Assembly: GCF_006345805.1 (NCBI RefSeq)
Contig: NC_043013.1
Span: 34,286,001-34,350,000, forward strand
Source: Octopus sinensis
Lineage: Eukaryota
Direction of reading: 5' to 3'
Length of the DNA: 64,000 nucleotides
The notes under the pieces were generated by a model. It was not told the DNA's origin, searched no databases, and saw nothing but the letters and a program-made list of their open reading frames with translations. Positions 51,316 to 63,039 of this stretch are shown here, in pieces; position 1 is the stretch's first letter; each line of letters begins with the position of its first letter. The position numbers and the translations under genes were made by a program.

Positions 51316-51375
51316 GATAACCGAAGAGATGCCAGCGTGGATTTCCACCTTGGCATCCGAAAGTCGGAGTTTATC
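51316..51375 (+). ncRNA. Hammerhead motif (U4C, branched stem II) in a (TA)n-flanked cassette (about 51295-51482)
   Basis: GATAA-CCGAAGA-GATGCCA(GC-GTGG-ATTT-CCAC-CT)TGGCATC-C-GAAA-GTCGGAG-TTTATC. Confidence 0.55.
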
Positions 51376-51480
51376 ATGGCTACTGAATAATTGTCACATA
51401 TTACATTTACAGATAAATTCCTCTATTTAAATAATATCGAGGTCTCTTTCTTCTTTTTGTTGTCTTACCATTTTTATCAG

Positions 51481-51522
<42 letters not shown>

Positions 51523-51525
<3 letters not shown>

Positions 51526-52450
51526 TATATGGTACAGGATGTTACAAACAATAAGCAACATGAAATACGAAAACAAATGAGTTGAATACGTAAACAACAA
51601 GAGAAACAAATGGAAAACAGGATGAGTAACATAAAGAACGACTCCTCATCAGTTGTTGACTGCTATCTGCTGCTGATTTCAAGCACCAAGTGACAATACA
51701 AGTCTTTGAAAGCAGTTGCTCCCACAAATACCAAAACAAAATTTGGGATTTATGGAATGTCAAAATTGGGAATGCAAACAGGACAGTGGAGGTCCTGATT
51801 TTTTTTTCTATTTGTAGGAGCAACTGCCTTCAGAGCCTATTAGTGTTCAATGCTTGAAATGAGCAGTAGATGGGCAGCCGACAAACGATGAATATATATA
51901 TGTATATATGCATATGTATATATATTTTTATAACATATACATGATATATACATATATATATATAATATATATAATATATATAATATATATATATATAATA
52001 TATATATATATATATGCATATATGGTACAGGATGTTACAAACAATAAGCAACATGAAATACGAAAACAAATGAGTTGAATACGTAAACAACAAGAGAAAC
52101 AAATGGAAAACAGGATGAGTAACATAAAGAACGACTCCTCATCAGTTGTTGACTGCCTATCTGCTGCTGATTTCAAGCACCAAGTGACAATACAAGTCTT
52201 TGAAAGCAGTTGCTCCCACAAATACCAAAACAAAATTTGGGATTTATGGAATGTCAAAATTGGGAATGCAAACAGGACAGTGGAGGTCCTGATTTTTTTT
52301 TTCTATTTGTAGGAGCAACTGCCTTCAGAGCCTATTAGTGTTCAATGCTTGAAATGAGCAGTAGATGGGCAGCCGACAAACGATGAATATATATATGTAT
52401 ATATGCATATGTATATATTTTTATAACATATACATGATATATACATATAT

Positions 52451-52490
<40 letters not shown>
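51523..52490 (+). repeat. Near-identical direct tandem duplication, period 493 bp, bounded by (TA)n
   Basis: GCATATATGGTACAGG at 51523 and 52016; visible differences are C vs CC and T9 vs T10. Confidence 0.95.
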
Positions 52491-52499
<9 letters not shown>

Positions 52500-53139
52500 C
52501 AAATATAATAATAAATATTAGGGAATAAATCCAAACTTACAGGGAAAAATCAGATTTAGGATTGAATCCAATTTTATAGTAAAATATTATATTATATTAA
52601 ATTAGAGACAAATATATATAAATTTAAGTAACAATATCTGGATTAAGCTAATCTGGTGGTAGTCATAAAAAATCTCCTTAATGTATTCTATAAAACATAC
52701 AGAATATATGGAATGATCCAAGAGAAAACCATAAGGAGTGTATTAAGTTATACATAAAGAGAGAAAATAGTATGATAAAATTCATTTATGCATTGGAAAT
52801 TTTTATATCACAACAACTGTTTCGCAGCTTAAAACATGCAAAGATACACACATATGCACTTCAAGTTTCTGCAAGCAGTGGAAACAAACTGGGAGTCATA
52901 TGCTTTCATACTGAAATGCTTAACCATACAACCACATGTATACCTTCATGTCATCACAGAAGAGCACATAAATATATACATGTTACTTAAACACATCATG
53001 GATACACATGATGCATTACAAAGATATACATCTAACATATTTGTAATTTTCAAATTTATATAAATTGCTTATAGTTCATTGTGTACAGAGGCTTTAATTT
53101 TAATACTCTGTCATATGTACATATTGAAATACGACAGTA

Positions 53140-53211
<72 letters not shown>

Positions 53212-53262
53212 CATCCCTCTCTGCTATAAATATATGTCTTGTACCACTATCTTATATATATA

Positions 53263-53310
<48 letters not shown>

Positions 53311-53335
53311 TGTATATATGTGTATGTATATATAT

Positions 53336-53545
53336 ATATATAAGTGTACATATATGTATGTATATATATGTGTACATATATGTATGTATATATATAAGTG
53401 TACATATATGTATGTATATATATAAGTGTACATATATGTATGTATATATATAAGTGTACATATATGTATGTATATATATAAGTGTACATATATGTATGTA
53501 TATATATAAGTGTACATATATGTATGTATATATATAAGTGTACAT
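53336..53545 (+). repeat. 28-bp minisatellite, 8 copies
   Basis: AAGTGTACATATATGTATGTATATATAT; GTGTACA at 53344, 53370, 53398, 53426, 53454, 53482, 53510, 53538. Confidence 0.9.
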
Positions 53546-54022
53546 ATATATATATATATAATATATATATATATATGTATATATATATGTATATATATAG
53601 GGAAAATAAGTTAAAATTCAAGTTTTAAATAACACTCTCATAATTGCTTTGTCTATACAAATATGCTATATTAATTTATTCCTCAAAGACTTTAAAGAAT
53701 TATCTGAGAAAGCAATCAGTCTCACCTGCCAATTTGAATGATAGAAAGGAGTCATTTTGGGGGAATATAATTGTCAGCACTTCTGTAAATCAAAATTAAT
53801 TTGCATATATAGATAGGGAAATCCATATTTATATGTACATGTCTATGTAAATATATGCCCTATTTATCTCCTTTTTTTAATTTCAGTTATTTACATGTAT
53901 TGTGAGTGACGATTGCATTTGTTCTACCTGCCTTTCCTTCTTTATAGTGTGCAGGTGTGTGTGTGTGTGTAGATATATATGGGCAGTAGGTGGAGAGAGT
54001 GAGAGGAAATTACGTATGCATG

Positions 54023-54060
<38 letters not shown>

Positions 54061-54281
54061 AAAATCATTTATGTACATGTATGCTTACTATTGAAGTAAA
54101 AATGAACACATACACACATATACATATTATTATTAATATTGTTATTATTATTATTATTATTGTTAATAGCTTACCTCAAATTGTGTTGCATTTAAAAGAG
54201 TGATAATTATATGTATATTTGAATACTTGATTAAATATATGTTTATATACGTATAAACATACATATATACATATGTGTATG

Positions 54282-54332
<51 letters not shown>

Positions 54333-54528
54333 ATGTGTATATATATGTGTGTTTGCAAGAGAATATATGGATGTGTGTGTGTATATATACATACACACAC
54401 ATACACATATCCATAAACACACATGTACATATGTAGACCTATCTGTTTAGGTATATATACGTTTATGTTCATGTACAGCTACTTAATTTTATATATCTCC
54501 CAGAGGCATGTGCATATATGTATGTATG

Positions 54529-54578
<50 letters not shown>

Positions 54579-54939
54579 ACACACACATATATATTCATGC
54601 ACACACACTCATACTCACATAAGCACACACAGATTGAAACAAATTATTAATCAATCTACACAGCAGTAAGAAATGCAAGCATAGCATGTAATGAAATTCT
54701 AAAATATGAAATTAACTTATTTTAAATGATATGCAAGAGTGGTAAAATTGATTGAGGCTGTCAAAGGAATTGGCAAAAGATATGACTTCAAATTAACTGC
54801 TGTGAATGACGCAGTTTACTTGATGTACACTGCATACATATATATATACTTATGGTGCACAGAAACTGTGAAGTCAATATGGCTCTATATTTATATATAT
54901 TTATATATATATATGTATACATACATATATATGTGTATA

Positions 54940-54982
<43 letters not shown>

Positions 54983-55314
54983 ATATATGTATAGATGTAT
55001 ATATTTGCATGTGTGAGTGTAATGTATAAATAAGGTTATTATGAAGATTTTGTGTAAGCACAGCAGGTGCAGGGCACTTGCTCTTGGGCAGTAAGGGCAA
55101 TCTGGAATCAGTGGAGTTCCCTGATTGGTTCCAGCTTGTTCCCTACGTTTTAGGATACATTTTTGCTTCATTCCTTCTTCATTTAAGTTGTTTTCTATGT
55201 CTGAGTTTCCATACTTGAATTTCTGAAACCCTTACTGTATTAGAAATATATCCTTGCACTTGTTCTGTTTGCATCAAACTCCAAGAAATAATAAATTAAG
55301 TGCTATTATTATTA

Positions 55315-55710
55315 TTTTCTACTCTAGGCACAAGGCCTGAAATTTGGGGGAAGGGGCCAGTCGATCAGATCAACCCCAGCACACAACTGGTACTTAATTC
55401 ATCGACTCCGAATGGATGAAAGGCAAAGTTGACCTTGGCAGAATTTGAACTCAGAATCTAACAACAGATGAAATACCTATTTCTTTACTACCCACAAGGG
55501 GCTAAACACAGAGGGGACAAACAAGGACAGACAAACGGAATAAGTCGATTATATCGACCCCAGTGCGTAACTGGTACTTAATTTATCGACCCTGAAAAGA
55601 TGAAAGGCAAAGTCGACCTCGGCAGAATTTGAACTCAGAATGTAACGGCAGATGAAATACGGCTACGCATTTCGCCCAGCATGCTAACGTTTCCGCCAGC
55701 TCGCCATCTT
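55315..55710 (-). mobile_element. Dimeric SINE family B (head, core, tail 1, then headless core and tail 2)
   Basis: Tail 1 ...GGGTAGTAAAGAAATAG runs straight into GTATTTCATCTG of the second monomer. Confidence 0.85.
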
Positions 55711-55761
55711 AAAGTATTATTATTATTATAATTAAGGGGGTGAGCTTGCAGAATCATTAGC

Positions 55762-56160
55762 ATGCAGGAGGTATGTTTTCAGTTGTGTTTATTCGTTTGT
55801 TTGTTGGTCTGTGGACAAGATATCTCCAGAACTGCTGGATGGATTTGGATGAAACTTTCAGAGATATTTGACCTCGTAACTAACACAAACTGATTAAATT
55901 TTGGAATTGCTCTAGTACCGGACAAGGATTCTGGATTAGATTTTGGGCTCGATCTGGTATTGGAGAAAAATTTTGGATTATTTTTCCTTTTTTTTTACTT
56001 AAGTTTTGAGAGCAGTCAGGTTCAGTTTTAGTATTCTCATTTGTGAGAGCAATCAAGTTTATTTCAGATATTCTCATTTAAAAAAATCATCTCTGGCTAA
56101 TCGTTGAGAGGACATTGGTGTTGCCTTGGCAGAAGTTTGCACTTTCTGAGTGCACTTGTT
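55762..56160 (+). mobile_element. Helentron-associated (HINE-like) element
   Basis: GGAGGTATGTTTTC..GGATGGATTTGGATGAAACTTTCAG..subterminal CCTTGGCAGAAGT and 3' hairpin GCACT(TTCTG)AGTGC at 56139-56153, ending TT; 5' subterminal repeat degraded. Confidence 0.6.
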
Positions 56161-56592
56161 ATATTTGGACATCGATTCCAATAGATGATGTAAACAAAAA
56201 ATCTGTCTTTAACATATTACTATATTTTTTTTTTTTTTGTAACTTACAAATATGGTTTATCATACTGTTGGGACAGTAAGAAACCATTACAAAATCAAAA
56301 TTCTGAATTTTTTTTTTAATATGAAAATAAAATTTACACATGATACATGAAATTCAAACAGAAAATATGACAATGGAACACATAGTTGCACTAGCAAGTG
56401 CAGATAAGTGCAAGTTGACCTTCATAAACTCAGATTTGCATAACATAAACAAAAATATTTAGAACAGTAACAACAATGCAAGCTTGTTCAATATTAAAAA
56501 ATGGTAGCTTCACTAGCATTACAAGAATAAGTGAGGTTTTAGAAATGGTGAGAGTCAATCAAAGGAGAGATATAGCAGCAGTATGTCACAAA

Positions 56593-56897
56593 GTGGAGGC
56601 ACATGGCCTAGTGGTTAGAGCAGCGGACTCACGGTTGAGGGATCGCAGGTTCGAATCTCAGACCAGGCGATGTGTGCGTTTATGAGTGAAACGCTTAAGC
56701 TCCACGCAGCTCCGGCAGAAGGTAATGGCGAACTTCTGCTGACTCTTTTGCCACAACCTTCTCTCACTCTTTCCTCCTGCATCTTGCAGCTCACCTGCGA
56801 TGGACCGGTGTCCCATCCAGGTGTGGAACCTATATACCAAGGAAACCGGGAAACCGGTTCTTATGAGCCAGGCATGGCTCGAGATGGAACAAACAAC
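56593..56897 (+). mobile_element. SINE family D, young, 10-bp TSD
   Basis: TSD ATGTCACAAA at 56583-56592 and 56898-56907; B box GGTTCGAATCT. Confidence 0.95.
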
Positions 56898-57024
56898 ATG
56901 TCACAAAAATGTGTACTTTTTTGCTTAAATGGTTTACCCAAAATGCAGGCAATGAAGATGATGTATATCTGATAAAAGAATCACTACAGTATGGAATATT
57001 GAAAGAATAAAAGATAAAAGCTAC

Positions 57025-57330
57025 CTTATTGGAATTTGAACTCAGAATGTAAAACCAGAAAAAATGCTGTTAGGCATTTTGCCCAGCATGCTGGTCAAAA
57101 TGCTTGGTAGCATTTTATTTGTTCTTATGCTCTGAGTTCAAACTCTGCTGAGGTCAATCTTGCCTTTCATCCTTTCAAGGTTAATAAAATAAGTACCAGG
57201 TGAATACTGGGGACGATGTAATCAATTTACTCCCAACCTGAAATTATTGGCCTTTTGCCAAAATTTGAGGGGAGGGGTTAGATTGATTACATTGACCTCA
57301 GTGTTCAACTGGTACTTATTTTAGGAGGAA
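57025..57330. mobile_element. Three SINE family B fragments in alternating orientation
   Basis: GAATTTGAACTCAGAATG (minus), CTGAGTTCAAAC..CTTTCATCC (plus), GATTGATTACATTGACCTCAG (minus). Confidence 0.7.
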
Positions 57331-57594
57331 AGGCAAACATACTGAAGTACAGCATATGGATCTTTTCTCTCTTTTTTTGTATCTGGTCACATTTTCCCTC
57401 CACTTTTATGTAGTCATGTTTTTATTACTTCTATTTTCTGGAGATTTTTTACAGAATAAAGATAGCTTATTTGTAAGAGTCAATTTTTATTGTATTATCT
57501 GTTATATTAACCACACAAATTGCTTTTGTCTTCAGTACATTTTGTTACAACCTAAGTTCTTAACAGTATATGAATATATGTATCTCTCTCTCTG

Positions 57595-57626
<32 letters not shown>

Positions 57627-58494
57627 TATATATGTGTGTATATATATATGTGTATGTGTGTGCGTGTATATACACATGCACACACACACTAGCACACTGA
57701 GGCTCGTATTTGTGTAGCTGCACACTTGTATCCCTATATATATATAATTTCACACATGGACATATGTATCAATGCACTTATATCTACACATATTCATAGC
57801 CGTTCCCGAAGGCACTAACACACATACACATGTATTGCCCTATCACTACCACCACCACCACCACCACCACCACCATCACCATCGCCATCACCATATCTTT
57901 CACTTTTATCTATCAACCCCTTTCTCTGTCCCACATACACTCTGTTCCAAAATATCACCAAAAGCTGCTTATATCTTCCAGAATAAGGAAACAATGGAAT
58001 AATGCCTTTGCTAAAATTGTAGAGAGGCGACTATAGAGAACTGATGTTATTTTAGACAGAACTTGATGAATCTGTCTTGACAATCTTATACTTAATGGAA
58101 AGAACTGCAGAGGATAAAATTCTTTGCCAATATACACTGTCCCATTACTCCACCACACTCTTCACTACATCCCTCTCTTTCTCCTCACCCTACACATCAT
58201 AGTGCAGATGGGGGCGTTGGGGGCAAGTCTTGTGGCAGTGATGGGGGCACCTACCTACACTACTTTTGTTGAGTGTGGTGGTGAGATGTGGAATATTGTA
58301 TTGGCTTTGGTGCAGTGTGGTATGGTCTGTTGTGGCAGTAGTGGTGGTTCCTATCGAGAAATATAACTGCTTTATCTAACCTGTCTTCAAGTTTCATTAT
58401 TTTAAATACATTTTTTTTTGTATTTTTTGCGAATTTTTAACTTCTTTGTATTGATCATTTCTATTGTTGTTTCTATTTGTCTTTTGCATGCACA

Positions 58495-58533
<39 letters not shown>

Positions 58534-58821
58534 AGAGAAGGAAACAAAAGTGAACAAAGAGAAATAACTCAGAAAGGCTTGGGGCATGTTTATGAACAAC
58601 AAAGGTATATTAAATACCATACAACATGAATTCTTGATTTACAGAAATTAATCAATGTAAAGTATAATAGCCATCTCAATATGGCTAACCACAAGTGGGG
58701 GTGTTATTGTAGCTTTTTAGCCCCAGGAGATCATCGTCTCCAGCTGGCTTTAGGCACACTATCTGTGCTCTTATGGTATTTGCAAAGAGAGGCCATCCCT
58801 TTCTCGTAAGCCTAAGTGATA

Positions 58822-58868
58822 CGCACCGGACTGACAGTTTCGAGGTTGTTGCCTCTTATCAACGGGCG
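58822..58868 (-). ncRNA. Type I hammerhead ribozyme motif with U3-A8 covariation and GUC cleavage triplet
   Basis: CGCCCG-TTGATAA-GAGG(CAACAA)CCTC-GAAA-CT(GTC)AG-TC-CGG(T)GCG; predicted cleavage between 58829 and 58828. Confidence 0.72.
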
Positions 58869-59861
58869 GTAATCACCGGATCATGATGAAAGGGAAAGCC
58901 TGTATGCAAATATATAAGAGTTTTTCTAGTGACTTCTGTCACTGATTTCGAAAAACTGTCTGCAAGCATTATTAAATCTCAGAAATTAATCAGCTTCCAT
59001 GGAAGGTAGAATAATCATTCGGTAACACGTAAGATTAATTCCAATTGAGATGATATAATCACAAGAATCAAGAATTTTTTTCTGGAATTGACATGCCAGT
59101 AAAAATGAGAGTTATTATCTAAAGACAGCAAGCAGACTGTGGACATGTGTTTACCTTGGTAGGCACACATGCATCACTGACTTACAAGGTGTGTGTGTGT
59201 GTGTGTGCCCCTGCATGTGAACGAATGTATATCAGAATCAGAAAATGTTATCGATATTCTTATGCTTTGATATACATAAAATTATCAATAACGTTTTCTA
59301 TGTTCCCAATATAAACATTTGCTTTAACATACATTTCAATAAGCAGGCAGCACATTTCCTTGGTATTTTGGTAAAAATTTTTTTTGATAAAATAGATAGG
59401 AAATGCACTACTGAATTACTAAGACATATGTATATTGAGGTGTAGCAATGCTAATACCATTTCCTGCATTTTTTTAATTATATATGACTCAAGAATCATA
59501 ATTCATATTAACCTTCAGCTGTAGATATCCATTGTATAGTCTACAAGAGTTTAATACAGAACCAATTGAAATACACAAATATGTATCTATGTATCTGTGG
59601 CTATTTTAAAGTACCAGTTTCTATTCTAATTATAAAATTTTATTTTGATATGTGATTAGCTTAATTTTAATTGATCCATATGTAATATTAAATATTTTGA
59701 AGCAACATTTTAGACACTACATTTTAAACACAGGTTGTGTGTCATTAATCAGCTGGAAAAGATGTTTTCCCAGGGTGAAAATGTAGTAACATAGTTCTGT
59801 ATGGAACAGCCATGCTGAAGTGACAACAAACATTACTTTTCAGTATCGTTACTATTTGCAT

Positions 59862-60169
59862 TGTGGAGGCACATGGCCTAGTGGTTAGAGTAGTGGATTC
59901 ACAGTTAAGGGATTGCATGTTCGAATCTCAGACCGGGCGATGTATGTGTTTATGAGTGAAACACCTAAGCTCCACACAGCTCCGGCAGAAGGTAATGGCA
60001 AACTTCTGCTGATTCTTTCACCACAACTTTCTCTCACTCTTTCCTCCTGTAATTTGCAGCTCGCCTTTGACGGACCGGCATCCCATCCAGGTGGGGAACC
60101 TATATGCCAAGGAAACTGGGAAACCGGTGCTATGCTCCACAAGGGGCAAAAAGAATTAAGAAGAAGAAG
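59862..60169 (+). mobile_element. SINE family D with alternative 3' tail, 11-bp TSD
   Basis: TSD ACTATTTGCAT at 59851-59861 and 60170-60180; tail GCTATGCTCCACAAGGGGCAAAAAGAATT(AAG)n. Confidence 0.92.
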
Positions 60170-60577
60170 ACTATTTGCATCACTTATAGAGACTTTAGAA
60201 CTTTCTACTTTACTTGTTGCAAGATCAGCAGCTGATTGTCGCTTATTTGTTTATATATTGCGAGTAGGGAAGAATATCTGCCATCTCTAGCAGGTAAGTA
60301 TCTAGTACTTGAGGAAGGGTAAGACTCTGAAAACAGTTCTGGTCAACTGGTCCTGTCCCACTGGAGGCGGGGGTTTGCTCCCTTACTTACAATATATCCG
60401 ACACAGGTTGTGTGTCATTAACTAGCTGGAAAAGATGTTCTCCTGGTGTTAAAATGTAGTAACAATATGGAAGAGCCACACTGTAATGGCAACAAACATT
60501 ACTATTTTGAACTAATTATACTATAAATCAAAGCAAAATATAGCTGTTTATTTGGCACATAGTACTTCAACTAGCTG

Positions 60578-60858
60578 GAAGCACATAGCCTAGTGGTTAG
60601 AGCAGTGGACTCGCGATCGTGGGTTCGAATCTCAGACTGGGTGATTTGTGTGTTTATGAGCGAAACACCTAAGCTCCATGCGGTTCCATCAGAAAGTAAT
60701 GGCAAACTCCTGCCGACTCTTTCATCTCAACTTTCTCTCCCTCTTTCCTCCTGCATCTTGCAGCTCACCTGTGATGGGCCAGCATCCCATCCAGTTGGGG
60801 AACCTGGAAACCAGGAAACCAGCCCTTATGAGCCAGGCATGGCTCGAGAAGGAACAAG
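60578..60858 (+). mobile_element. SINE family D, 13-bp TSD
   Basis: TSD CTTCAACTAGCTG at 60565-60577 and 60859-60871. Confidence 0.92.
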
Positions 60859-61706
60859 CTTCAACTAGCTGAGGTACCCTGTAATAAATTACCATTAATA
60901 AGATATCTGTTTATAGCCATGAAGCATTTTTCATCAAATTTTGACATTTTTACAAAATTTAAAACTTATATTAATCAGTTGGACCAATTTGATAAAAAAA
61001 ATCAGCAGAGTCTGATAGCAAGCCCGTGTTGCCATAATTTTTGTGCATGTGCGTAAAATGGCAAAATTTTACACTTTGGGGCAAATTTTGTCAAATTGAT
61101 GTCATGATGGCTAGTGCATAAAATGCCTAAATTTTGCTTGAAAAATAAAATGCCCTTAACTAATCACCACCTGAAATGCTGTGGAATTAAAGCAATGAAT
61201 TGAAATAAGTTTTAGCAAATCAAAACAATTCACATTGAAATGAAGAATTAGCAAATACTAAATAGATTACCATTAATAAGCTGTCTGTTTATACCCATGA
61301 AATATTTTTCATCAAATTTCGGCATTTTTCATCAAATTGATGCTAGTGCAAAAAATACCGAAATTTTAGGACTTTTGAAAAATCAATGCTAATTAAAAAT
61401 TGAATTTTTTTTTTATAATTCCAAGTGTGTAAGTGACTGCATGGACATAAGCCCCACACATGTGCCAGGTTTCATCAAGATTCTTGGAGGAGTTAAAGTA
61501 ACAAATTCACAAACACACAAATTTGCCATTTATTATTATAGATTACGGATACTTGCTACTTTGCTTCTTGCAAGATTAGCGGCTGATTGTTGCTTATTTG
61601 TTTATATATTGCGAGTAGAGATGAATGACTGCCATCTCTAGCAGGTAAGTATCCAGTACTGAGGGAGGGTAAGACTCTGAAAACAGTTCTGGTCGGCTGG
61701 TCTTAA

Positions 61707-61927
61707 CCCTTTCGTTACCAACCTGGCCAAAACCGGCTCTGGCTCTGTAGTATAAATGTCTTGTTTTCATTAGTTTTTCATTAAAATTTACCACCAAACC
61801 TTAGTCACAATTTATGTTCCTAACACTAGCTTAATGATAACTAAGTTATTTTACTAAATTCTTTGTTATATTTAAAATAATTGAAGGAAATTTTGACCAT
61901 CTCAAAATAAATACAGTAACAAAAGGG
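61707..61927. mobile_element. piggyBac-type MITE, 221 bp
   Basis: TTAA TSD at 61703-61706 and 61928-61931; TIR CCCTTTCGTTAC / GTAACAAAAGGG, 11/12 match. Confidence 0.92.
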
Positions 61928-62129
61928 TTAAATAAGGAACATGCTTAGTGGTTTGGGTGTTGCACTCATGATCAAAACCTCATGGTTATGATATCCAGTG
62001 CATTGTACTCTTGATCAAAACATCTCATTTCAAGTTGCTTGTATTCATTCAGTTGTAAATGGTTAACTCTGTGATGAATTGGCATCCCACACTTGGAGTA
62101 ATATTGTTCTGCCTGCTTATTCAAAATGG

Positions 62130-62305
62130 CAGTGCGCTGGCAGAATCATTGCCGTTACATGCTGAGGTCGACTTTGCTTCTCATCCTTTTGGGGTCAATT
62201 AAAAAAGTACCAGTTATGCAATGGGGTTGATGTAAACAAATTAATCCTTTTGTCTGTCCTTGTTTGTACACTTTTTGTTTAGCCCCTTGTGGACAATAAA
62301 GATTT
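62130..62305 (+). mobile_element. SINE family B, internally deleted (tail type 1)
   Basis: GCTGGCAGAATCATT|GCCGTTAC..GAGGTCGACTTTGC..AGCCCCTTGTGG. Confidence 0.75.
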
Positions 62306-62515
62306 TTCACCCATTTTAAATGATGATGATGATGAGGAGGAGGAGGACAATGATGATGGTGGTTGGTGGTAGTGTTGGCGGTGGTGGTTGTGGTGATGAT
62401 GGCAATAACGGTCATGACAATGCTGCTGCTGATGATGATGATGAAAGTGCTGTGTGACTAGCAGTGTATATCAACATCTGGTAGTTTGGTCAATAAAGGG
62501 ATATACTCTTTCTCT

Positions 62516-62750
62516 CTTTCACTCTTTTACTTGTTTCAGCCATTTGACTGTGGCCATGCTGGAGCACCGCCTTTAGTCAAGTAAATCGACCCCAGGACTT
62601 ATTCTTTGTGAGCCTAGTACTAATTCTATCAGTCTCTTTTGCCAAACCGCTAAGTTACAGGGACATAAGCACACCAGCATCGGTTGTCAAGTGATGTGGG
62701 TGGGGGGACAAACACAGGCACACAAACATATACTCACTCATACATATATG

Positions 62751-62839
<89 letters not shown>

Positions 62840-62995
62840 TACGAAGGGCTTCTTTCAGTTTCCATTTACTAAATCCATTCACAAGGCTTTCAGCCTGAGG
62901 CTATAGTAGATGACACTTGCCCAAGGTGTCACGCAGTGGGACTGAACCTGGAACCATGTGGTTCGTAAGCAAGCTACTTACCACACAGCCACTCA
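62516..62995 (-). mobile_element. SINE family A with very long internal (TA)n
   Basis: Full tail and head; microsatellite about 62730-62840. Confidence 0.92.
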
Positions 62996-63039
62996 TGGAC
63001 ATATATAAAAGATATTACATCTATGTACATACCAGTACA

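Noticed and set aside
54739-54850. MVKLIEAVKGIGKRYDFKLTAV protein-like ORF start
   Set aside because: GTG start, runs into a microsatellite, no family recognised.
55098-55133. Hairpin CTGGAATCAG...CTGATTGGTTCCAG
   Set aside because: Single imperfect hairpin with no supporting motif.
29646-60858. tRNA genes suggested by A/B boxes
   Set aside because: All are SINE heads followed by SINE bodies, often with TSDs; no full cloverleaf seen.
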